Below, piece by piece: positions 29,654 through 39,656 of a stretch of DNA of 64,000 nucleotides (positions are counted from its first letter, which is position 1; each line of letters opens with the position of its first letter). The stretch covers positions 256,001 through 320,000 of the forward strand of contig CAWJTV010000036.1 of the NCBI GenBank assembly GCA_963845755.1. Reading direction: 5' to 3'. The notes beneath the pieces are model-generated. The model was not told where the DNA came from. It did not search any database and was given only the letters and a program-made list of their open reading frames with translations. The translations under genes were made by a program, and so were the position numbers. The DNA is from an uncultured Planctomycetota bacterium. Lineage in GTDB: Bacteria; Planctomycetota; Planctomycetia; Isosphaerales; Isosphaeraceae.

Positions 29654-31054
29654 TCAGGCGTCGTGCCGGCCGTTGCCATTGCCATCGCCGTCCTGTTGAC
29701 GGCGGGAGGCCCGGCGGAGCTGGAGGGTTCGGTCGGTCACGCCGAGCCGCCGCGCCGCACGTTGCAAGTTCCCGTCCTCGGCCGCGACGGCGTTCCGCAC
29801 GGCCACGTCCTCGGCGACGCGGCCGATGTCCTTCAGGCCGACACCCCAGGCCAGGGCCTTGCGGATCGTCCTCTCGAACATCTCATCGCACCAATCGTCC
29901 GGCCGGTCGGACGGATCCGGTCGTTCGTCCTCGGGGACGTCGCCGACGGTGATCGGGGCCGGTCCCACGTGGCGGCAGGCGATCCGCGAGATTAATTGCC
30001 GGAGGTCACGCACGTTACCCGGATACGTCCGTCGCAGCAGGTACTGACGAACCGGCTCGTCCAGTTCGATGGCTCCCAGGTCGGGCCGGAACTGGGTGAG
30101 GAAGTGGCGTGTTAGCGGCAAGATGTCTTCCACTCGCTCGCGCAATGGAGGAAGCTTGCATGTGCATCCGGCGATTCGGTAGTAGAAATCGCGTCGGAAG
30201 CGGCCCTGGGCCTCTTCCTGGAGCAGGTCCCGGTTGGTGGCGCAGACCAGGCGGAAGTCGGTCTTTTCCCAGGAATTGCTCCCCACGCGCTTGTAAGTCC
30301 GCTCCTGCACGACGCGGAGCAAGTCGGCCTGGAGCATCAGGGGGAGCTCGCCGACCTCGTCGAGGAACAGCGTCCCGCCATGAGCCAGGGCGAAGGCGCC
30401 GTCGCGCGCGGCGACGGCGTTGGTGAACGCCCCGCGCTCGTGGCCGAAGAATTCGCTACCGGCCAGCTCGGGGACGATCGTCGTGCAGTCCAGGATGACG
30501 AGATCGCCCTTGTTGGACCGCCGGTCGAGCGTGTGGAGCAGGCGCGCCACCAACTCCTTCCCCGTCCCGCTCTCGCCGGTGATCATCACGGCGGCATCGG
30601 TGAATACGGCGACTTCGATGACCTGGCGCAGGGCCATCGTCCAGGCAGGGCTGCATCCGACCAGGTTGCCAGCAACCAGGGAGGAGCGTACCAGGTCGTC
30701 CACCGAGGCCCATCGCCGCAGCCGGCGCAGATCGCAGCGCCCGCATCGGCCCCGCCGTTCCAGGCGATGACGTCGGAGGCTCCCACCTTGAGCAGCGACC
30801 ACGACGAGCCGTCTGCCAGTGGCTCGGCCGAGATCGCGACGGCCAGCACTCTCCCCAGGCCATTTCGGCTGAGCTGGCGGACCTGATCGTAGACCGAAGG
30901 GCCGAGCCGATCGAAGACGACCAGCCCAGGGCCCGACGGTTCCTCGCTCTCCAGCGGTGAGGCCTCGATCCGCTCGCGCAAGCCGAGCGATGAGGTCCGA
31001 CCTCAGTGTGCCCTTTCCGTGCGTGTGAAAGTTGACCCAGATCTTGGTCGGCAT
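29654..31054 (-). CDS. Sigma-54-dependent transcriptional activator (bEBP); compensating frameshifts in the N-terminal part
   Basis: GESGTGKE, FFGHERGAFTNA, LFLDEVGE, ATNRDL, FRRDFYYR, PGNVRDL, C-terminal HTH. Confidence 0.92.
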   Translation of the reverse strand: MPTKIWVNFHTHGKGTLRSDLIARLARADRGLTAGERGTVGPWAGRLRSARPFGLRSGPPAQPKWPGESAGRRDLGRATGRRLVVVAAQGGSLRRHRLERRGRCGRCDLRRLRRWASVDDLVRSSLVAGNLVGCSPAWTMALRQVIEVAVFTDAAVMITGESGTGKELVARLLHTLDRRSNKGDLVILDCTTIVPELAGSEFFGHERGAFTNAVAARDGAFALAHGGTLFLDEVGELPLMLQADLLRVVQERTYKRVGSNSWEKTDFRLVCATNRDLLQEEAQGRFRRDFYYRIAGCTCKLPPLRERVEDILPLTRHFLTQFRPDLGAIELDEPVRQYLLRRTYPGNVRDLRQLISRIACRHVGPAPITVGDVPEDERPDPSDRPDDWCDEMFERTIRKALAWGVGLKDIGRVAEDVAVRNAVAAEDGNLQRAARRLGVTDRTLQLRRASRRQQDGDGNGNGRHDA

Positions 31055-31600
31055 GAACGTCAGTCGAACCCGCCGGCCGGAAGTTTAACCTCGAAGGCGA
31101 CGTCCCGCCCAGCACGATGTTCGAATCCCTTGCATTTTTCGGGACCTCGGGCAAGCGGAGAGAGAACCCGCAGTATAGTCGCAGGACTAATCAAGCTCAC
31201 GACGACCCGTGCGCAATCACTCGCGGGTTTTTTGCGGAATCATGCGGGCAACCGTGGGGCCCGTGATATTTGAAGGTGCCTGTGTCTTGAAGATCACTCA
31301 TAGATTATTTATTTGCAGATTTATTTCGATGGCCTGCCGGTGGGAAGATGAGCGATTCCCCTGGTGAGGCGAGGCCCGCTCGCCGACGCGCGGCGGGCGC
31401 GTATCCACCCAGGGCCTCGTGGCTTTCCAGGGCGGCCGGGGAGTCATCGCCACCCCTGCACGCGATCGGCCGTCTCTGTCGCCGGCCCGGGGACCAACGA
31501 TCGAGGTCATCTACCGGCTGGATTCACCGGCGCGACTTCGCATGAGTGCAAGAAAGACATGCTGTGTCGAGTAGCTCAGGCTCGCTTGTACGCTGGCGGC

Positions 31601-32647
31601 CTAACGGTTCAGGTACCGGTTCGCGAGCCACAGTTGCTGAACGGCCCACGCCAATTCGCGGCCGTCGATCGAGATCTCGCAACGACGTTCCAGCGGATCC
31701 TCCTCATGGCTCTGGGCCTTGGTGTCCCCGACCGCCTGGATCAGGTTCGTATCCATGTTGGGGACGCCCCTGCGCTTCAGCCAGTCCACCACCGCGGCCT
31801 TCCGCTTCTCGGAGAGTTTCTGATTGTATCGGATTCGGTCCGCCGCATTGCCCCGGTATGCCACGCTCGCCCTGGCCTCGCCGCGCACGGGCAGCAATCC
31901 GCTGTCAAGGGCGACGCGCACCTCGTAGGTGGATACCAGGCTTTCATGGATGAACCTGTCGAGGTTGTCTCCGTCGTCTCTGCGGTGGCCATTCCGGTCC
32001 TGGTCGATCTTGGCGGAATCGACGTCGAAGAGGACCCGGTACAGCAGGCCCTGCACCTTACTCACCGGCTGGACCAGCTCGATGATCAACGGACCGAGCA
32101 TGGCGGTACGCGGGCCCGTCGACCCGGGCCTGATGTCGTGCGGTACATCGCTGGCCTGGCCGTTCGTGACGGTCACGCATCGAGCACCTCGGCGATCGAG
32201 TCGATCGAGCCAGGCGACCGCCACGATGTGCATGACCCGGATGCTGGACGGAGCCGGGACGGTGCCCGGGGGCCAACCCAGGAGGTTGTCTTGCCAGGTG
32301 TAGATCTCCATCTCCAGGGACAGGGAGTAGCCCCAGTCCGCGCAGACCTTCCCTTTCCTCCTGATTTCAATGTTGCCGTCCTCGAGGCACGAGAATGGCA
32401 GCTCCACCTTGAAAGGAAACGTCACCTGATCAAATACATCCAACCGCGGTACCTGAAGATCGATGTCCAACGACAGGCTCACCGAGCCGCTGAGAGATAT
32501 CGGGACCAGGAGGGTCACCGGCTTGAAGAAATCGAGCGGGTAGGAGCCGCGCGGCATCAGCGTCCCTTTCTCGGGGTTCGCCGAGGCTGTCAGCCGAAGG
32601 TGGGACCCACCTCCCCAAGGGTTGACATCTACTTCTTGGACCGCCAT
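31601..32647 (-). CDS. Protein with OmpA-like C-terminal domain, no signal peptide
   Basis: VLFDVDSAKI, YNQKLSEKRKAAVVDWL, AVGDTKA, RRCEISI; GGAGG SD before ATG 32647. Confidence 0.7.
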   Translation of the reverse strand: MAVQEVDVNPWGGGSHLRLTASANPEKGTLMPRGSYPLDFFKPVTLLVPISLSGSVSLSLDIDLQVPRLDVFDQVTFPFKVELPFSCLEDGNIEIRRKGKVCADWGYSLSLEMEIYTWQDNLLGWPPGTVPAPSSIRVMHIVAVAWLDRLDRRGARCVTVTNGQASDVPHDIRPGSTGPRTAMLGPLIIELVQPVSKVQGLLYRVLFDVDSAKIDQDRNGHRRDDGDNLDRFIHESLVSTYEVRVALDSGLLPVRGEARASVAYRGNAADRIRYNQKLSEKRKAAVVDWLKRRGVPNMDTNLIQAVGDTKAQSHEEDPLERRCEISIDGRELAWAVQQLWLANRYLNR

Positions 32648-33035
32648 GTTCGGTACCTCCTTCGACCGTGGAAGCACACCCTCTGACAGCGCCCACCCCC
32701 CGTGCAGGGGCCTTCGCGGGCATCTGGCCTGCCCGGCTCACACTGCGATGAGCTGTGAAGTTAATCAGCAACCTTGTCTCGGAACCGATAGTACTCGGAG
32801 ACTTTTCACCGAGGGAGTATGAATGCCGATGTCAGATCCCCGTCCCCGTGATCGGGATGGGGCGACGTCTCTTCGTGTGTGACCTCGGTGGCGCTTCGAA
32901 GCGGCCACCCCACCCGCGGTCGCCACAGGTCGTCGAGATTCTTGATTGTGTCCGGCAGGAGGACCGTGGGGTCATCCGGCTGAAGGGCGCCACCGTCGCA
33001 TTAATGCAAGCTGATGTGGTACAGAAAGCTGCCGA

Positions 33036-33230
33036 TCATCCTACCAGGACATACTTCGTCTCGTGGTTCGCCGGGATCTTCAATCTGAAGAGCTGCTTGT
33101 CCCAAAATCCATACTCCTGACGCTTCATCGACTTGATCTTGGTGTTCGTTGCCTCCGTCGGGCCATTCGTGATCATCGCGTCGTAGTACGCCAAGCAGAG
33201 TCTACTGCCGTGCGCCACCAGTGTCTACGC
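33036..33230 (-). mobile_element. ISL3-family transposase C-terminal remnant
   Basis: LAYYDAMITNGPTEATNTKIKSMKRQEYGFWDKQLFRLKI matches the ISL3 C-terminal signature (TNG..E..N.KIK..KR..YG). Confidence 0.8.
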
Positions 33231-33290
33231 CGCCCGTTTCAGAATCTGTTCAGGCAAACGGCCGGACCATCGCCGCACTTCAGCAAAGCG

Positions 33291-34291
33291 TCACCGTCCC
33301 GGTGGCCTGCGGGGGATGGTCCACCAAATGGCGTCGAAGGCCGCGCGGGCGTCGTCGTCAAAGGACAGTTCGGCGCGGCCAGCGTCGCGTCGAGCTGATC
33401 GGGCCGGCTGGCGCCGACGATCGCCGAGGTGACCCCCGGCTGCTGGAGCACCCAGGCGACGCTGGCCGTGGCCAGGTCCCAACCGCGACGCTGGCAATAG
33501 TCTTTCAGCGTCGTCACGCCCTCGAACTGCGCGGTATGCCAGTACCGCTCGCGATAGAGCTCGCCCGAGGCGCCGAGGGTGAACCGCGTCCCGGGTGTGG
33601 GAGGTGCCTCGGCCGAGTGCTTGCCGGTGAGGAAGCCGCCGGCCAGCGGGTTGTACACGATCACGCCGACTCCCTGGTCGCGGCAGAGCGGCAGCAGTTC
33701 GGTCTCGATCTCGCGGTAGAGGACGTTGTAACGCGGCTGGACGCAGTCATATCGCGCCCAGCCGAACTGCCCGCTCGTCCCGATCGCCATCGCGAGCTGC
33801 CAGGCCGCGTAGTTGGAACAGCCGACGTAGCGGACCTTGCCCGATCGGACCAGGTCGTCGAAGGCGCGCAGGGTCTCGTCGATCGGAGTCTCCAGATCAT
33901 ACGAGTGCGATTGATAGAGGTCGATGGTATCGGTCCGCAGCCGGCGGAGGCTGGCCTCGCAGGCCGCGAGGATGTGCCGGCGCGACAAGCCCTGATCGTT
34001 GACTCCCGGCCCGACTCGAGCCCGGCACTTGGTCGCCAGCACGAGCCGGTCGCGACGTCCCGGCGCGGCGGCGAACCAACGGCCGATCACCTCTTCGGTC
34101 CGCCCGGCCGTCGACAGGTCGGGCGGGATCGGGTAGACGTCCGCCGTGTCGAAAAACGTCACGCCCCGCTCGACTGCGTCGTCCATGATCCGGAACGAGA
34201 TCGCCTCGTCGCACTGGCCGGCGAAGGTCATCGTCCCCAGGCAGATCTCCGACACCTTCAGGCCGGTGCGGCCCATCCGACGCTGCTGCAT
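33291..34291 (-). CDS. Aldo/keto reductase, frameshifted near the C-terminus
   Basis: LGTMTF, DTADVY, LATK, IDLYQSH, GCSNY, QPRYN, YNPLAGG. Confidence 0.92.
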
Positions 34292-34343
34292 GATCTTCTC
34301 CGTCGTCGATCGTCATTTAAATTTGATAATTATTATGTGGTCA

Positions 34344-37300
34344 TTATTGCGAAACGACGTCGGCCGCGCGGAATTCGACATGGGCCTTGTCGGTCTGACC
34401 GAGCTTCGCGTAGGCTTCGCCCCGGCGTTTGCAGAGCCAGGGATCGCCGGGCGCCGGCTTGCCGGTGATCAGCTCGATCGCCTCGCGTTTCAGCACGAGG
34501 AAGTCGCTGCGCTGGAACCAGTCCTGGATATCGGGCCATTTCTCGATGACCCGCCAATCGATGCGTCCGATCGCGTCGAGTCGGCGCCGGGACTCATCGG
34601 CCTGCCCCAGCCTGTTGTGGGCCATGGCCAGCACGGCTGCGTTGATCGCGACCAGCGGGCCATCATCGCCCTTCGGCAATTCCGCGAGCGATTCCTGTGC
34701 TCGTCGGATCGCCTCCCGAAAGCGCCCGGCTCGGTACTCGGCCAGGCCGAGGCGGAATCGGTTCTCCGGCCCACGGTGGCCCGCGGCCACGGCCGCCTCG
34801 GCCAGTGAGACCAGCCTGGTGGCGTCCGGTATGCTGCCTGGCACCAGGGCACACCATCGGGCCACGGCGCTGGCGTAGAGGGGCTCGAGGTTCCGGGGGT
34901 CGTCCTGCATCCCCGTGCAGACCGCCCTGAGACCGTCGCGATCGCCGGTGATGGCCAGGAGGCTCGCGCGATAGCCGGCCATCAGGATGTCCTTCGACCC
35001 GCGCCCGGCCGCCCGCGCCAGCGCCGTGTTGGCCTCGTCCCACAGGGCGGCCTCGGCGTAGGAGTGGCCGACGGTCGTCTCCAGCTCGATCAGGACCTCG
35101 GCGAGGACCGGGTCGTCCGGGCGCCCGTTGAGGTCGGATTCCAGGCCCTGACGAATCTCATCCCATGACCGGATCGCAGCATCCAATCGGTTGGTCCGCC
35201 ATTGGAGCCGGGCGATCGTGGTGCGAGTTGCGGCCAGGTCGGCGCGATAGCGGACGTCCTCGGGATGATCGCGGACCAGTGCCTCCCGCGTGGCCAGGAC
35301 CCGGCCGAGCGTGGACTTGGCCTCCTCGAAGCGCCCGAGCTCGAGCTGGGCGATCCCGATGGCGTGTTCGCCGGACGCCATCTCACTCCGCCGCGGATCT
35401 GGTCCACCGACGAACTGGTCCTCCGATCGGCCCTGTGCGACCGTCGGCGCTTCAGCGCGGGCGCGGGCTTCGCGTCGGGCGCGGGGGGCGTGGGGAACTG
35501 GGCGGTGGCCTGCCCCGAAGCGGCCGCCTCCGCCTGGGCCAGCAGCGGCCGGAAGTCGTCGCGGTCTCGCAACGCGGCGAACTCCTCGCCGATGCGGAGC
35601 ACTTCGACATTCTTGAACCCCGCCGCGATCGCACGGCGGAGCGCGGCGACGGCCGCGTCGGCATGGCGATGGCACTCGGCCCGCTCCGCCGCGCCGGGCG
35701 GCGACGGCCCGTCAACCGCCGGCCGGGCGCACAGGGCCAGCAGGCCGGCGAACTGGAACCAATCCTCCGCGCTCTCCCGGGGGAGGGACTCCTCCAGCTT
35801 GCGGGACGCTCGGTAGATGCGCACTGCCTCGGCCGTCCGACCCTGGTAGCGGAGCATGCCGCCGAGGTTGTGATGGTCCACGATCAGCTCACGTTTCAGG
35901 TTGGGGACCGCCGGGTTCTCGCGCGCAGGCGCTGGCTGACTGCCATCGCTTCGCGGCAAGCCCCCACCGCTTCATCCAGATGGCCGAGCTGGCGCTCGAC
36001 GACGGCGATGTTGCGCAGCGCGGTGGTGAGCCACTTGCCGTTCCGGATGTCCTGGGGGGCCCGCGTGTAGGCGATCCGGCTGTGCTCGGCCGATCGTCGG
36101 AAGATCCGCAATCGGACGAGGACGTCGAGGCTGGTCCGATGCAGCAGGGCGCCGAGGTTATTCAGGGTGGAGGCCAGTGCGATGTGGGTCGAGGGATCCT
36201 CGGGGTGTGCTTCTACCATCGCCTGACGGAGGGCGAAGGCCCGCTCCTGGTCCCGCAGGCTCTCCGCGAACCGATCGCCCCGGTCGTGCAGGAAGCTGAC
36301 GAGGTCATAAGCATTGGCCAACTCGCTCATATAGACGGTATTGGCCGGCTCGGCTCGTGCGAGCGTCTCCCAGAGAGAGATGGCCCGTTCGACGTGGGGG
36401 AGGGCCGCGTCGGAAGGCATCCGCGCGACGCCCAATTGGAAGCAAGACTGGGCCAGGCCATCCCGAAGGGCGCGATCGTCAGGCCGGTCGCGCGCGGCCG
36501 CCTCGTGGAGGGCCAGCGCCTGTTCCAGGGCCGCTCGGGACGGGGCGTCCTCGCCCAGGTCACGGAGGATCCGGCCCAGTCGGAGCTGGGCATCGGCCAG
36601 GCCGATCTTGAGGGCCGGGTCGTCCCCGCGCTGGCGGACGAAATCCTGGTAGTAGGCCAGCGCCGCGGTGAGCAGGTCGCGACGGAGCGGCTGGAGACCC
36701 GGCACGCTGGAGAGCTGGCTCTCACTGACCCGGGTCAGCAGCTCATCCACCGCCGCGCGGGCCTTGGTGAGATTGGTCTCCGCTCGACCGCGCTGGCGCT
36801 CGGCCTCCACCTGGTTCGATTCGGCATCGAGCCGCCGCCGTTCCGAGAGGACGCGCAGGTCGTCGGCGCGACGGCGCTGGACCTCGGCGCGTGCGCCACA
36901 ACAGGGTCATCCCGCCACAGCCGATCGCCAGGAACAGGAACAGCGCGGCGAGCGAGCCGGCCAGGGCCGGGTTGCGCCGGCTCCATCGCCAGAGGCGTTC
37001 CACGCCCCCGGTGCGCCGCGCCAGGATCGGCCGGTCGGACAGGAACCGCCTCAAGTCTTCGGCCATATGTTCCGCCGATCCGTACCGCTGCGCCGGCTCC
37101 TTGGCGATCGCCTTCAGCACGATCGTCTCCAGGTCGCGGGGGATGTCGGGATCGATCTTGTATGGGGCGATCGGCGACTCGTGCGCAACGACCTTGAGCA
37201 ACCTCGCCCGGTTCGGCTCGTCGAACAGCGGCCGGAGCGTGAGTAGCTCATAGAGGGTCGCTCCCAACGAGTAGACATCACTTCTCGGGTCGGACCAGCC

Positions 37301-38308
37301 CTCGAATCGCTCCGGCGCCATGTAGCGCAGGGTCCCCACCACGTCGCCCGAATCGGTCAGCGCATCGGCACCCTCGCCCTTGGCCAGGCCGAAGTCGGTC
37401 ACCCAGACCGTGCCGTCGGCGTCCAGCAGGAGGTTCGACGGCTTGATGTCGCGATGAAGGATCCCCTGCGAATGGGCATAGGCCAGCGCCTCGGCCACAT
37501 CCAGTCCGACGCGAGCTACCGAGCGATAATACGGGGCTCGCCTCGGGCTTTCCGTCGCCTGGAGTCCAGGCCCGGCCGGGAGGCTCTCGCCACCCAGACC
37601 GGCCACCCGATCCGCAATCACGCTGGCCTCGATCCGGGGGCCCTCCTCAGCACCGGCTTCCCCATGCCTCGTGACGTCGGGAAACGGCGCGGTGGCCACT
37701 CCGGCGGCGGCCTCCAAGGTGATCGTGACGGCCCCGGTTGCTTCGGCGCGGAGCTTCGAGAAGACCGCGTCCAGCCCGCGACCCTGAATGAACTGCATGG
37801 CATAATAGTGGACGCCGGCCTGCTCGCCGACGGCGAAGACCGGCACGATATGGGTATGGTGAAGCCGTGCCGCGGCGCGCGCCTCGAAGAGGAAGCGTTG
37901 CAGTTGGGGCGAGCCGGTCAGGCCCTGCCGGAGCAGGACCTTCAGCGCGACGTGCCGGCCGAGCGAGATCTGCTCGGCCTCGTAAACTACGCCCATCCCG
38001 CCTCGGCCCAGCTCGCGGATGATCCGGAAGTCCCCCAACTGAGCCGAAGACGGTGACTCTCCGGCCGGGCCCGGCGGTGCCGTAACGGTCCCAAGGTGGC
38101 TGGCCAGCGATTCGTCGGCTACAGCGATCTCCTCGATCATCGCCATGGCCGGGAAGACGTCGCGGATCTGATCGGCCAGCGCTGGATACCGCTCAAGGTA
38201 TTCGCGCAACGTCGGCCGCTCGCCGCGGCGATGCCGTTCGAGGAACTCCTCGGCCAGCGCGAGCACCCGCGCCGCTCGCGTTTCCGACCCTGATTCCGGT
38301 TCCAGCAT
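34344..38308 (-). CDS. Hanks-type Ser/Thr protein kinase with TM and TPR-like repeats, several frameshifts
   Basis: LGRGGMGVVY, VALK, HRDIKPSN, DFGLAK, GTLRYMAPE; helical repeat pieces in 35896-36810, 35090-35959 and 34344-35675. Confidence 0.9.
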
Positions 38309-38386
38309 GGGCCTGCTCTCCTCGACGACCCAACAACCCGATCGGTTGCGATCGGTCAGGGGCATTCACGATCGGGCGGACGGCCC

Positions 38387-39046
38387 TCAATTCTCGTGAG
38401 AGCCGGTATTCCACGGGAGGATCTCTCTCAGCCGCTTGACGGCCGTCAAGTAGCGCATGCCCACAGAGGTCTCCGAAAGCCCGAGCACCTGGGCGATCTC
38501 CCCGAAGCTGAGCCGCTCGAAATGCTTCAGGGCCAGGACTTCGCGGTCGATCGGCTCCATGCTGTTGAGCGCCTCTTGAAGATAGAGTCGCGTCTCGGCC
38601 CGATCGGCCGACCGGGATGCAACCTTCGTGCCCAGGAGCTGGGCCGCCAGCGTTCCGGCATCCGCGACGGGCAGACCGCCGCCGTGCAGCGTCAGCTCGC
38701 CCGCGCCCCCGGGTCCCTGGTCGTCCTGACCGAGGAAGCGGCGGTGCAGATCGACCAGCTTCTGACAGACCATCTGACGAAGCCAAAGGAATAACGGCAA
38801 AACCGGACCCTGGAGATACTCGTCCAGCCGCCGGGCCGCCTCGTCGAACACCTCTCGCACCACGTCGGATTCGTTCAACCGCCCCTGAAGCGGCCGGCTC
38901 AATCGCAGGCGCACCACCCTCTTGAGCCGCTCGCGATAAACCGCAAACAGCGCACTCGCCGCCTCCGGGTCGCCCCCCGCGGCACGCTCGATCAGCCCAT
39001 TGGCCTCCCTCGTCTCTTCGGTCTTCATATCTTCGTTATTATCCAT
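38387..39046 (-). CDS. ECF sigma factor of the planctomycete kinase-associated type
   Basis: YRERLKRVVRLRL..SDVV..FLWLR; DREVLALKHFERLS..EIAQVLG; directly upstream of the kinase. Confidence 0.9.
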   Translation of the reverse strand: MDNNEDMKTEETREANGLIERAAGGDPEAASALFAVYRERLKRVVRLRLSRPLQGRLNESDVVREVFDEAARRLDEYLQGPVLPLFLWLRQMVCQKLVDLHRRFLGQDDQGPGGAGELTLHGGGLPVADAGTLAAQLLGTKVASRSADRAETRLYLQEALNSMEPIDREVLALKHFERLSFGEIAQVLGLSETSVGMRYLTAVKRLREILPWNTGSHEN

Positions 39047-39656
39047 GCGGAACGTTCCGCGATCACCACCCTGGTCCTCGGTTCTTGCGTTTTCCCAGCG
39101 CGACGCTCGAACGTTCTCGCCGCTCATCACCCCTCGACCGGGAGCGGGCTGGCATACCGGCGATGGATCGCCCGGGCGCCTCGAAACGATCCGCAACGCC
39201 CCAACGGGGATTCGACCGATCCTCGGGGGGACGTCACCGCGCGACGATCCCGACAGGAGGTGGCATTTTCTGGCACCTTTTTGGCAGGGCGCCATCCTCG
39301 ATCTCTTGGATGGGAAACGGGTTGCGGCGAACCCGTGAATCGGTAGGAGCAGTCGGGTAGTCGTGGTTTTGAGTGATCTCGCGAGCCCCATATTCTTTAG
39401 GATGCCGCAACTTTTTAAAAATGTTAATGCACCTATCTCGGTTTTTGGGGTCCGATCCTCCCGAACTCTTGATGACATCAGCAGATAGGAAATTTCAAAA
39501 TTTTTTTGAGCCTGTGGATTAGCGGCTCGGATTTCCGGACTCGGGACTATCCTTTCGGGAAGGACTGGCGATAACGTGTTTTCGCGGACACGCATCTCCT
39601 TGGTTTGCCAGCAATCTTCCCCCTCGGGTGGGGCTCCGACTCTCAGGAATCGACCG

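Noticed and set aside
34344..39046. ECF sigma + Ser/Thr kinase pair as a novel system
   Set aside because: A well-known, highly expanded arrangement in planctomycetes.
39271..39286. Second sigma-54-like site TGGCAC-CTTTT-TGGCA
   Set aside because: Mismatch in the -12 box, ~370 bp from the next start, and part of a local TGGCA repeat; unsupported.
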